Shown here piece by piece: positions 16,477 through 24,975 of a stretch of DNA of 41,283 nt (the stretch's first letter is position 1; each line of letters starts with the position of its first letter). The position numbers and the translations under genes were made by a program. The DNA comes from a virus. Taxonomy: Duplodnaviria > Caudoviricetes. The notes beneath the pieces are model-generated. The model searched no databases and was not told where the DNA came from. It saw nothing but the letters and a program-made list of their open reading frames with translations. The stretch lies in the IMG/VR virus record IMGVR_UViG_3300009069_000042, positions 1 to 41,283 of that record. One strand, 5' to 3'.

Positions 16477-16736
16477 GCGACAAGATCGTGCCGATGCCGG
16501 GAATCGGCGTCACAACCGACGGCGCGCCGGATACCGATGAAGTCGAGGCGATGCTCCTTGATGTGTTGGAAGGCGCCCGCGCCGGTGAAATCACCGCTGT
16601 CGCCTTCGCCGCGTCCAACCATAGAGGCGAGATCTCGACAGGCTGGGAAGGCGTCGGCGGCACACGCCATCAACTCGGCACCGCCGTCTACGTGCTGAGC
16701 CATCGGTATGCTGCGAGCATCCTCGAACGCTCATAG
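16473..16736 (+). CDS. Hypothetical protein, paralog of 250..489
   Basis: Start MSDKIVP with ATGA coupling. Confidence 0.75.
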   Translation: MSDKIVPMPGIGVTTDGAPDTDEVEAMLLDVLEGARAGEITAVAFAASNHRGEISTGWEGVGGTRHQLGTAVYVLSHRYAASILERS

Positions 16737-16787
16737 CCACGATCATTTTCGGCGCCTCCAAGGAGGGAGGAAAAATTATCGAGCCCC

Positions 16788-17057
16788 TCACTCGTCGTGC
16801 CGCATCGCCTGCCCTGCCACCGCGCTCAGCTCCCGCTTCGATGGTGATCGCCTGATGCGGCCCTGCGCCTTCGCGGCTGCCTGATACCAGCGCTTCTCGA
16901 TGTGAGCTGCCCTCGCCGCGGCGACATCGATCCCGGCTGCGCGGCACCATTTCATCACCGCCATCCGCGACACGCCGGCCCATCGCGCGGCCTCGGCCAT
17001 CGTGATCTCGCCCCGCTTCAACAGTGCCAGGGCAACCGCCCGTTCGTCGCGCTTCAT
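16788..17057 (-). CDS. Small HTH protein (UPF0175-like pattern)
   Basis: ALALLKRGEITMAEAARWAGVSRMAVMKW. Confidence 0.75.
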   Translation of the reverse strand: MKRDERAVALALLKRGEITMAEAARWAGVSRMAVMKWCRAAGIDVAAARAAHIEKRWYQAAAKAQGRIRRSPSKRELSAVAGQAMRHDE

Positions 17058-17058
17058 G

Positions 17059-17094
17059 GGTTTACAGTTGTCAACCAGCCCTCAGTTTCGTCAA
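17059..17094 (-). promoter_or_regulatory. Promoter and palindromic operator for 16788..17057
   Basis: GGTTTACA-GT-TGTCAACC (7/8 inverted repeat, 17059-17076); TTGACG on the minus strand at 17094-17089. Confidence 0.6.
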
Positions 17095-17186
17095 GCCCCT
17101 CGTCGCCCCACCGAATCACCCGACCACCTCAACACCGACCATTGAAATCACAGCGCTTTTCGGGTCGCGTGCGCGATAACCCGCCC

Positions 17187-17195
17187 TGTGCGGTG
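17187..17195 (+). promoter_or_regulatory. Late-promoter motif copy 1 (upstream of terS)
   Basis: TGTGCGGTG; second box divergent. Confidence 0.55.
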
Positions 17196-17287
17196 ACAGC
17201 CAACACAAAAAAAACGAACCTCCTCGCGCCCCCCACTCCGTGCCCCGCGCGGAACCACCCCCTCAACCACCGCGATGCAGGCCACCC

Positions 17288-17809
17288 ATGCCCCCGAAGG
17301 AACCCACCCCACGCCTGCCGCCACGCGCCGAGACCACCACCGCCCACCCCGACAAGCTCCTCGCCATCCCGCGCGTCCGCGCCTTCCTCGACCGCCTCGT
17401 CGAAGGCGACAAGCTCGAAACCGCAGCCGACACCGCAGGCATCACACGACGCCGGGCCCGCCTCCTCATCCGAAACCCGAAACTCCGACAGGTCTTCATG
17501 CGAGAGATTGAGGAGTTGAGAGAACGCGAGCGACCGCGCAACATCTTCCTCGCCGTCGCTGTCCGCGATGCAGGGATGGAGCAGGGAGCGACAGCGGCGC
17601 AACAAAAGGTCTCGATCGAGGCCGCGCGGTATCTGGACGGCGAGTCCTCCCCCACCGGCATCACCATCAACGGCGGCAACAACGTCATCGCCGGGTACGT
17701 CGTGAAGCTCGACGGGCCGGCTGAGGGGCCGAAAGCGATTACAAATCGCAGGGCGGCGGACGGTAAACCCTTGATCGAGCACGAGCCTGTTAGGAGCGAC
17801 GATGAATAA
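17288..17809 (+). CDS. terS: Probable terminase small subunit
   Basis: N-terminal HTH (ETAADTAGITRRRA), helical core, position before terL; start ATG 17288. Confidence 0.7.
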   Translation: MPPKEPTPRLPPRAETTTAHPDKLLAIPRVRAFLDRLVEGDKLETAADTAGITRRRARLLIRNPKLRQVFMREIEELRERERPRNIFLAVAVRDAGMEQGATAAQQKVSIEAARYLDGESSPTGITINGGNNVIAGYVVKLDGPAEGPKAITNRRAADGKPLIEHEPVRSDDE

Positions 17810-18085
17810 CAGGCTGCGAGCGCGGGCCCAGGCACCCGATCATGCGAGCGACGAGGCGACCCGCCCTGACCTGCGAGGCGAGGCATACGGGCCGCGCCGC
17901 GCCCTGCGGGTTCGTTCGTTGCGCCATGGTAGGGGCATCGCTCGCGGCTGCGGCGCGCGTCCGGGGGGCGGGCCGGAAAAATCGCGGCGCAGGCCTATAT
18001 CTCCTCTCCCCCACACGCCCCTGACCTCTGATCATCCGGGGGTCGGCTGTCAGGTTTTACTGGCCGGATATTTCGGGGGTCCGGG

Positions 18086-19705
18086 ATGGGCGTAGAGGCG
18101 GCGATTGATGAGAAGGAGGCCCTGCCTCTCCCGATGACGGTCGAGCGGGATGAATTCGGTCGTGTGGTGTTTGAACCGGACGGTCGGGTTTTGCGCGGGT
18201 TCATGCTGTCGGATGCGCGGGTTCGGATTATCCGGGGTCCGATTCGGTCGGGGACGTCGTCGGTGTGTTGTCAGGAGATCTGGCGGCGGGCGTGTGAGCA
18301 GGCGCCCGGGCCGGACGGGGTGAGGCGGACGCGGTTCGGGGTGGTTCGGAATACGTATCCGGATCTGCAGCAATCGACGATCAAGACGTGGCTGGGGTGG
18401 TTCCCGGAGAAGGAGTTCGGTCGGTTCATCTGGTCGAAGCCGATGGAGCACCGAATGAAAAAGGGCGAGGTTGTGTGCGAGGTGGTTTTTCTCGCGCTCG
18501 ACAAGGCCGAGGACGTGAACAAGCTGCGCTCTACGGAATGGACGGGGATCTGGTTCAACGAGCTGGAGTATATCCCGAAGGGGTTGTTCGACGAGGCGGA
18601 ATCGCGGGTTGGGTATTTCCCGGCGGTGAAGGATGGGGGCGCGACCTGGTCGGGTGTGTTCGGGGACATGAACGCACCGACGGAGGATAACTGGGTGGTG
18701 AAGATGGCGGGCGAGGTCCCGCCGCCTGAGGACATCACGCCTGAGGAGCAGGTCGATTACATCTGGCCGGACGGGTGGCACTATTTCGTTCAACCACCGG
18801 GGCTGATCGAGGAGTTCGGGCCGGACGGCAAGACCGTCACCGGGTACCGGCTGAACGAGGCGGCGGAGAACCTGCGATGGATCCCGCGCATCAATGGGCG
18901 AGCGCTCTACCTGGAGACGATCAAGGGCAAGGGGAAGCGCTGGATCGATTCGCGCATCATGAACCGGATCACCGCGCCGGTCGAGGGGTCGCCGGTCTGG
19001 CCGATGTTTGTCGAGGAGACGCATGTTGCGCGGCAGGAGCTGCGGTACGATCCGAACTATCCGGTTTACGTCGGCGTCGATTTCGGCAGGCGTCCTGCGG
19101 CGATCTTCGGTCAGCTGATCGCGGAGCGGTGGTCGATCATCGGGGAGCTGCTCGGGATCGATGAAGGCGCATCGACGTTCGCGCCACGGGTGCGGCGCTG
19201 GCTGTTCTGGCATTGCCGTGGGCTTTTTGAGCACGAGGAATCGTCGTCGGTGCGTGCCGCGTGTGATGCCGGGGCGCTGCGGATGTTTGGCGATCCGCGC
19301 GGAGTGGACAAGACGCAGTCGTCGGATGTGACGCCCTACGAGGTGTTTGCCGATTACGGGATGCTGGTGCGCGAAGCGCCGACGAACAAGATCGAGCCGC
19401 GCATCGAGGCGGTGGAGTTCGTGCTGAACGGGATGCGCGACGGCATGCCCCGATTCCTGCTCTCGCCATCTTGCCGGTCACTGAAGATGGCGATGGGTGG
19501 GGGGTATCACTTCAAGCGCGGTGATGTTCAACGGATCGAGCCGGTGAAGGATCGGTACTCGAACCCGGCGGATGCGCTGCAATACCTGATCATGGGCGCC
19601 GGCGAGGGTCGTGTGATGAGCGGGCGCGATCGCCCGACGCGGGGCGGGAACAAGCCGATCCGGCTGCATCGGCAGCGGTATGCGATCAAGCGGAGGACGG
19701 GCTGA
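18086..19705 (+). CDS. terL: Terminase large subunit
   Basis: RIIRGPIRSGTS Walker A variant, VVRNTYPDL, IWFNE Walker B, DMNAP, nuclease GVDFG, GDP, DRYSNPADALQY. Confidence 0.95.
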   Translation: MGVEAAIDEKEALPLPMTVERDEFGRVVFEPDGRVLRGFMLSDARVRIIRGPIRSGTSSVCCQEIWRRACEQAPGPDGVRRTRFGVVRNTYPDLQQSTIKTWLGWFPEKEFGRFIWSKPMEHRMKKGEVVCEVVFLALDKAEDVNKLRSTEWTGIWFNELEYIPKGLFDEAESRVGYFPAVKDGGATWSGVFGDMNAPTEDNWVVKMAGEVPPPEDITPEEQVDYIWPDGWHYFVQPPGLIEEFGPDGKTVTGYRLNEAAENLRWIPRINGRALYLETIKGKGKRWIDSRIMNRITAPVEGSPVWPMFVEETHVARQELRYDPNYPVYVGVDFGRRPAAIFGQLIAERWSIIGELLGIDEGASTFAPRVRRWLFWHCRGLFEHEESSSVRAACDAGALRMFGDPRGVDKTQSSDVTPYEVFADYGMLVREAPTNKIEPRIEAVEFVLNGMRDGMPRFLLSPSCRSLKMAMGGGYHFKRGDVQRIEPVKDRYSNPADALQYLIMGAGEGRVMSGRDRPTRGGNKPIRLHRQRYAIKRRTG

Positions 19706-20130
19706 TGGCGATCGGTGGCGATCTGATCGGGACGGCGCCGGAGGCCTGGTTCCTGATTTTCGAGGAGCGGGCTCGGTCGCGATGGCTTGGGTGGGTGGCG
19801 ATGGGGCGGTTCAAGCACGTCCAGGCCGTGGGCTGGGTGCGGGATCAGCGGCTCTGGGTTTTCTACGATGTGTCGCTGCGGGTGACGCGGATCACGGTCA
19901 TGCAGGACTGCCCCGATGCCTGGCGGCTGATCCGGGCAATGCGGACCGGATCCGTGGTGGTGGCGATGGCGCCGCGACAGAACCGGCGCTGGTGGTGGCG
20001 TTTCGGGTTCTGGTGCGTGCCGGCAATGGCACATCTCGTCGGGGTAAAGGGGATGCCGTTGCGGCCGGATCGACTGTTTCGGCTGTGCCTGCAACAGGGC
20101 GGGCAAGTGGTGACCTTCGATCAGATCTGA
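19705..20130 (+). CDS. Conserved hypothetical protein with His...Cys pattern (possible permuted papain-like fold)
   Basis: FKHVQAV and FWCVPAMAHLVG..P..LFR; coupled to the terL stop. Confidence 0.7.
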   Translation: MAIGGDLIGTAPEAWFLIFEERARSRWLGWVAMGRFKHVQAVGWVRDQRLWVFYDVSLRVTRITVMQDCPDAWRLIRAMRTGSVVVAMAPRQNRRWWWRFGFWCVPAMAHLVGVKGMPLRPDRLFRLCLQQGGQVVTFDQI

Positions 20131-20133
20131 GGG

Positions 20134-20168
20134 TGTGCGGTGCATCGTGGGCGCGCTGGGCGGACATT
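20134..20168 (+). promoter_or_regulatory. Late-promoter motif copy 2
   Basis: TGTGCGGTG-N17-GCGGACATT, intergenic. Confidence 0.7.
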
Positions 20169-20189
20169 CCGGAAAACGGAGGGTCCGGC

Positions 20190-20414
20190 ATGACTAACGC
20201 GTTCACCCCAAGCCAGTCATCGGCGCGGCGACAGGCAGCGGCACAGGAACAACGGCAGCGCGCCGAGCTGCGCGATCAACGCGAGCGCGCCGATGCGGCG
20301 GCGGCGGGATCGCTGCAAGATACGCTGCAGCGTGACACCAACCGGTTGCTGCGGGTCTTCGGGACGCGGGCGATGATGGGTGGCGGGGCGCGTCCGGGAC
20401 GCGTATCGAGCTGA
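20190..20414 (+). CDS. Small virion-associated protein preceding the portal
   Basis: MTNAFTPS..; GGAGGG Shine-Dalgarno site; coupled to the portal start. Confidence 0.7.
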   Translation: MTNAFTPSQSSARRQAAAQEQRQRAELRDQRERADAAAAGSLQDTLQRDTNRLLRVFGTRAMMGGGARPGRVSS

Positions 20415-21979
20415 TGGCGAAATCACAGCAGACCCCGCTGGAGAAGGAATGCGATCAGCGCCTGGCTGAATGCCGACGGCAGAAGACGCTGTTCGAGGCC
20501 GATCTGCGGGAAGCCTATTTCTTCACCGATCCGCATCGCTTCCGGGATGTGCTCAGCACGTCGCGCCCGTCGATGCAGCGGGAGAACGATGCGGCGCAGC
20601 TCGCGACGTCGATCGGCATGGAGGTGGCCGGCGATTTCACCACCGAGATGGTGAACACGTTCATGCCCCCGATCATTCCCTGGGCGGACCAGAAGGCCGG
20701 GGAGGATATCCCGGAGGAACAGCGCGAAGAGATCGACGGTCTGATCACTGAACAAACGACGGCGATCATGGACGCGATCAAGGAATCGAACCTCTACGAC
20801 ACGGCTGCATTGGGTTTCACGCCAGATCTGTCGCTCGGGACGGTGGCTCTCTGGGTGGAGGATGTTGCCGCTCACGAGCCGATCAACTGTCAGTCCGTGC
20901 CTATACGTGAGCTCGAGATTTCGGTCGGGCCGCGCGGCGATATCGACACCCGGTTCGTCGTTCGCCACACCAAGTTTCGGTATCTTCCGGCGCTTCTGCC
21001 CGATGTCGAGATGCCGGCGGAAATCGCGCGGAAAGCGAAGGCCAGCCCTCAGGCGCATTGCCGTGTGGAGTGGGGGTTCTGGCGGGACTGGACGCGACAG
21101 GATGACGTGGTCTGGAAGAGCGTGGTGCGCGTCGCCGGGAAAGTGGTGGCGGAATCGAAGCTCGAGGGCGAAGGTTCCTGCCCTCTGATCGTGGCCCGCT
21201 TCAATCCGGATTCGATGTACGCGTTCGGTAAGGGTCCCGCGATCCGGGCGCTGCCGGAGCTGAGGACGCTCGACGAAACCGAGATCCTGACGATGGAAAG
21301 CGCCGATGGGCAGATCCATCCCGCGTTCGTCTATGCCGATGACGGTGTGCTCAACCTCTCCGACGGTATCGAGGCCGGGGCTGGATACGCGGCGCGGGCC
21401 TGGGGCGCCGGGTCGCCTATCCAGCGTCTGACGCCTGAGGGGAATATCGAGTTTGGCGAGTTCCGAATTGCGAAGATCGAAGGCCGGATCCGTCGGATGT
21501 TCTTTGTCGACTTCCCGGAACAGGCCGGCAAGACGCCTCCCACGGCGGAACAGTGGATGGACGAGATGATCCGGGCAAAACGCCGGATCGGGACGCCGGG
21601 CCGCGTGTTCTGGAAGGAAGGGCCGGCGGAGATCTTCAAGCGCTACAAGTTCCTGCTGGAGAAACGCGGATCGATTGAGCCGATCACGGTCAATGGCCGG
21701 CAGCTCGCGCTCGTCCCCTATGACCCCACCGAGCAGGCCCAGGAACACCAGGAAGTGTCGATCGCAGGCCGGATCATGGATATCGCACGCACGAACTTCC
21801 CGCAGACCTTCGAGGTGATGGTCGATGGGCCGGCGACGATGGAGAAGATCCAGCGCAAACTGCGCGACAAGATCATCGTTCTGCGCAACCAGGGCGGGAT
21901 GATGGAAGCCGCCCAGATGATGGGGGCGATGCAGGGGGGTGGTGGCGGTGTGCCACCTGGCGATGAGGGGATGATGTGA
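20414..21979 (+). CDS. Portal protein (head-tail connector, T7 gp8/BPP-1-like)
   Basis: 521 aa; PLIVARF..AFGKGPAIRALPELRTL, IRRMFF, PPTAEQW motifs. Confidence 0.92.
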   Translation: MAKSQQTPLEKECDQRLAECRRQKTLFEADLREAYFFTDPHRFRDVLSTSRPSMQRENDAAQLATSIGMEVAGDFTTEMVNTFMPPIIPWADQKAGEDIPEEQREEIDGLITEQTTAIMDAIKESNLYDTAALGFTPDLSLGTVALWVEDVAAHEPINCQSVPIRELEISVGPRGDIDTRFVVRHTKFRYLPALLPDVEMPAEIARKAKASPQAHCRVEWGFWRDWTRQDDVVWKSVVRVAGKVVAESKLEGEGSCPLIVARFNPDSMYAFGKGPAIRALPELRTLDETEILTMESADGQIHPAFVYADDGVLNLSDGIEAGAGYAARAWGAGSPIQRLTPEGNIEFGEFRIAKIEGRIRRMFFVDFPEQAGKTPPTAEQWMDEMIRAKRRIGTPGRVFWKEGPAEIFKRYKFLLEKRGSIEPITVNGRQLALVPYDPTEQAQEHQEVSIAGRIMDIARTNFPQTFEVMVDGPATMEKIQRKLRDKIIVLRNQGGMMEAAQMMGAMQGGGGGVPPGDEGMM

Positions 21980-22293
21980 CGAACGCGGATCTGATCGATG
22001 CGATGCATCGGCTCCTCAACGATCGGGGGCAGAAAGGCGACGGCGCAGCGATGCAGTTATGGCTGCGCCGGCGGCTTTTGAGCATCACGGCGCCCGGCGC
22101 TGATGTCTGTGCGGTGCGGGACCACGAAGGGCAGCGCAGGTTAGCTGCAATTCTGCTTGGGATTGCAGCGAGGCCCGACGATGACCCCCATGAAGCCGAA
22201 AAGCGTGACACACGACACGACACCGATTTCGAGCGCGATCGACAGCGCGGCAGCGGACCTGCCCGGCGCGGCATCGCGCGGCGCATCTCGTAG
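21976..22293 (+). CDS. Bbp19-like small protein
   Basis: EGQRRLAAIL motif; between portal and scaffold; GTG start coupled to the portal stop. Confidence 0.65.
   Translation: MTNADLIDAMHRLLNDRGQKGDGAAMQLWLRRRLLSITAPGADVCAVRDHEGQRRLAAILLGIAARPDDDPHEAEKRDTRHDTDFERDRQRGSGPARRGIARRIS
22108..22142 (+). promoter_or_regulatory. Late-promoter motif copy 3 (internal, upstream of scaffold/capsid)
   Basis: TGTGCGGTG-N17-GCGCAGGTT. Confidence 0.7.
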
Positions 22294-23092
22294 CGGCTCG
22301 GCTTCCTGGATTTTCGGCGCGGGGGTCGGCCCTCGCGTCATGCTCTCGCCCGAAGGGGGCGACGGCGGGGGTGACGCGGGCGGTACGGGTGAAGGTGGTG
22401 GTCAACAAGCCGCCGGCTCCGAACCGCCCGCCGAACCCGCTGCACCTCAGCGCCCGGACGGCATTCCGGATGCCTTCTGGGATGACAAGGAAGGCGTGAA
22501 GTTCAACGACCTCGCCGCCCATCTCTCGACGCTGGAGAGCGTCAAGGCCGAGATCGACGGCAAGGCCGCCGCGGTTCCGGAATCCCCGGACAAGTACGAG
22601 GCAAAGCTGCCGGACGATTTCGAGTTGCCGGAAGGCGTCGAGTGGCAGGTCGATCCCGATGATCCCCTGCTCGCGGTTGCGCGCAAGTCCGCGCACGAGC
22701 TCGGCGTCGACCAGGCCGGATTCGAGCGCATGGTCGGGGCTTACGCCGAGATGAAGCTTGCCGAAACCAAGGAAATCGAGGCGGCGATCGAGCGGCAGAA
22801 AGAGGCGCTGGGCCCGAAGGCGACGGAGCGCGTCGAGGCGGCCCGCAATTTCATCACCGCTGCCGCCGGCCCGGATGCGGTCGAGTTCTTCGACGGGATC
22901 CTGCAGCTCAAGGGCGGTGTGGAGGCGGTCGAGAAGATCATGCGCCGCGCCGCGAACGGTGGTGTGCCGGGCTTCAACGGCTCGGGGCGTGAAGGCGGAG
23001 AAGGAATCTCCGACGAGGAGTGGGCGAAGATGACGCCCACCTCGCGGATGCTGACAGGGATGAAGGCTGATCGCCAGCGGCGCAGCGCCTGA
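22181..23092 (+). CDS. Capsid assembly scaffolding protein
   Basis: RPDGIPDAFWD, PESPDKYE, AHELGVDQAGF motifs; acidic and helical; precedes capsid; start uncertain (22181, 22190 or 22340). Confidence 0.85.
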   Translation: MTPMKPKSVTHDTTPISSAIDSAAADLPGAASRGASRSGSASWIFGAGVGPRVMLSPEGGDGGGDAGGTGEGGGQQAAGSEPPAEPAAPQRPDGIPDAFWDDKEGVKFNDLAAHLSTLESVKAEIDGKAAAVPESPDKYEAKLPDDFELPEGVEWQVDPDDPLLAVARKSAHELGVDQAGFERMVGAYAEMKLAETKEIEAAIERQKEALGPKATERVEAARNFITAAAGPDAVEFFDGILQLKGGVEAVEKIMRRAANGGVPGFNGSGREGGEGISDEEWAKMTPTSRMLTGMKADRQRRSA

Positions 23093-23117
23093 TTTCGACA
23101 ACTGAGGGGACGGTTCA

Positions 23118-24062
23118 ATGGATCTGCTGACGCTGGTAGAATATGCGAAGGGGCTCGCGCATGGTGCGGAACGCGCCGTGGTGGAAGGCTTTGCCGAGAG
23201 CTCGGATATCTTCGAGGCGCTGCCGTTCGAAGGGCTGCAGGAAGGCGCACCGACCTATGAAGGTCTGCGCGAAGCCGACTTGCCCGACAGCATGGCGTTT
23301 CGTGGCATCAATGAGGGCTCGACGCGCGGGACTGGCAAGTTCGCGCCGTTCAGTGAAGCGAGCTACATCTTCGACCACGACATCGACGTCGATGATGCCA
23401 TCGTGCGCCGTTATGGCGAGCGGCGCCTTGCGCAGCATGTCCAGCTTGGCGTGAAGGGCGCGGGCAAGCTGTGGACCGATACGTTCTTCTCCGGGAACAA
23501 CGCGACGAATCCGAAGGAATTCGAGGGCATCCAGCGTCGTGCGGCGCGGTTCGATAACCGCGTCATCCACAACTCCACCGATTCCGGTGGGGCGCCGCTG
23601 TCGCTCTACAATCTCGATCGCGCGATCGCGAACACATGGGAGGCGTCGCACATCATCGCGTCCTGGGATCTGATGCCGCGATTCATGCAGGCCGCGCGTG
23701 ACACCACGCTCGCCGGTTTTGTCATCCAGAGCTATGACGAAATGGGCATCCCGAAGATGACCTATGGCGCGATCCCGATTCTTTGGGGTTATCGCAAGGA
23801 CAAGCACGGGGTGATCCTGCCGTTCAACGAGGTTGCCCAGGGCGGCGGCTCGGCCGTCACGACGTCGATCTATGTCGTCGCGTTCCGCGAAGGCGGGCTG
23901 CGCGGGATTCAGCTCAAGCCGCTCACCCCCACGGGGCCGAAGCTGCTCGACGATCAGATCACGCACCGCACGCACCTGTCATGGGACGTCGGCCTGGTCG
24001 ATGAGCACGAGTACTGCATGACGCGTCTGACCTCGATCACGAACGCCGCATTCGTGAAGTGA
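23118..24062 (+). CDS. Major capsid protein
   Basis: 314 aa; LTLVEYAK, FRGINEG, PKEFEGI, TTSIYVVAF motifs; GAGGGG Shine-Dalgarno site. Confidence 0.92.
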   Translation: MDLLTLVEYAKGLAHGAERAVVEGFAESSDIFEALPFEGLQEGAPTYEGLREADLPDSMAFRGINEGSTRGTGKFAPFSEASYIFDHDIDVDDAIVRRYGERRLAQHVQLGVKGAGKLWTDTFFSGNNATNPKEFEGIQRRAARFDNRVIHNSTDSGGAPLSLYNLDRAIANTWEASHIIASWDLMPRFMQAARDTTLAGFVIQSYDEMGIPKMTYGAIPILWGYRKDKHGVILPFNEVAQGGGSAVTTSIYVVAFREGGLRGIQLKPLTPTGPKLLDDQITHRTHLSWDVGLVDEHEYCMTRLTSITNAAFVK

Positions 24063-24067
24063 TCGAT

Positions 24068-24085
24068 CGGGGGCACGCGCCCCCG
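24068..24085 (+). other. GC-rich hairpin after the capsid gene (no U tract)
   Basis: CGGGGGC-ACGC-GCCCCCG. Confidence 0.5.
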
Positions 24086-24118
24086 GTCTCCTGTGCAATG
24101 TGAAGATGGGGAAGCACG

Positions 24119-24520
24119 ATGGGCTACCGTGGTTACAATTTCGATGCCGAGCTCGAGCTCAAGGATGCCGGGGCGATCACCTCCTCCGCGCCGGCTCAGG
24201 TCGGCGGTGAGGCGCGCATCCTCGATGTGGGCAGCGCACGCTGGGAAGCGGTCGCGGTGATCAATGTCACCGACATCGATGAAGCCGACGCCGACGAGAC
24301 CTATGAGCTCGAAATTCAGGGCTCGAACTCGGCAACGTTCGCCTCCGGCAACGAGACGCTGATCAAGGTCCCGGTGACCAAGACCGGGCGGATCGAAGCG
24401 CCGTTCGTGAACCAGAAATACGGCGATGCCTATCGGTATATCCGCGCGGTCACGACCGTCGGCGGAACGACGCCGTCGATCAATTACACGGCCTATGCCT
24501 CCGTCCTGAAATGGGCGTGA
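24119..24520 (+). CDS. Capsid cement/decoration protein (Bbp16-like)
   Basis: Beta-rich, 133 aa; YELEIQGS..F, YRYIRA..VGGTTPSI; follows capsid. Confidence 0.75.
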   Translation: MGYRGYNFDAELELKDAGAITSSAPAQVGGEARILDVGSARWEAVAVINVTDIDEADADETYELEIQGSNSATFASGNETLIKVPVTKTGRIEAPFVNQKYGDAYRYIRAVTTVGGTTPSINYTAYASVLKWA

Positions 24521-24558
24521 GGCGTTCGCCGCACTGAAGCCGAGCACGAGGAACTGTC

Positions 24559-24873
24559 ATGCCGACGATGGTGAAGATGTACCACAAGAAGGATGGCGAG
24601 GTTGAGATGACCAGCGTCAACGCAGATCACGCCGCGACCTTCCCGGATGAATGGTCGAGGAAGCCCTGGCCACTTGAAACCAAGCCGGTCGAGGAGACGA
24701 AGGATCCCGCGCCGGAATATGTGGCCGCTCATCGCGGCGGCGGCTCCTGGGCGGTGATGAAGGGCGACGAGGTTGTCGAGGGTGGCCTCACGAAGGAAGA
24801 GGCGGAAGCGGGCGCGGCAAAACGCATGCTCTCTCCGAATGAGGAGACGAAGGATCCCGCGCCGGCGGCCTGA
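24559..24873 (+). CDS. Hypothetical virion-associated protein
   Basis: GAGGA Shine-Dalgarno site; PDEWSRKPW motif; duplicated EETKDPAP. Confidence 0.75.
   Translation: MPTMVKMYHKKDGEVEMTSVNADHAATFPDEWSRKPWPLETKPVEETKDPAPEYVAAHRGGGSWAVMKGDEVVEGGLTKEEAEAGAAKRMLSPNEETKDPAPAA
24691..24865 (+). repeat. Perfect 25-bp direct repeat, copies 150 bp apart
   Basis: GAGGAGACGAAGGATCCCGCGCCGG at 24691-24715 and 24841-24865. Confidence 0.95.
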
Positions 24874-24903
24874 TTGCCGGATATCGATGAAGCCTCAAGG
24901 GAG

Positions 24904-24932
24904 AGGGTCGGGTGAAAGCCCGGCCCTTTCTT
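24904..24932 (+). terminator. Intrinsic terminator closing the head operon
   Basis: AGGGTCGGG-TGAAAG-CCCGGCCCT followed by TTCTT. Confidence 0.8.
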
Positions 24933-24934
24933 CA

Positions 24935-24969
24935 TGTGCGGTGCAGGGACGAGGTCGGGCGCGCAGTTT
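24935..24969 (+). promoter_or_regulatory. Late-promoter motif copy 4
   Basis: TGTGCGGTG-N17-GCGCAGTTT directly after the terminator. Confidence 0.75.
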
Positions 24970-24975
24970 CAGCCT

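Noticed and set aside
17802-18095. 97-aa ORF between terS and terL
   Set aside because: Low-complexity Arg/Pro/Gly product without a recognisable motif; the region is better explained as cis-acting, though translation is not excluded
18050-23975. Long minus-strand ORFs opposite terL, portal, scaffold and capsid
   Set aside because: Antisense shadows with no motifs or ribosome-binding sites
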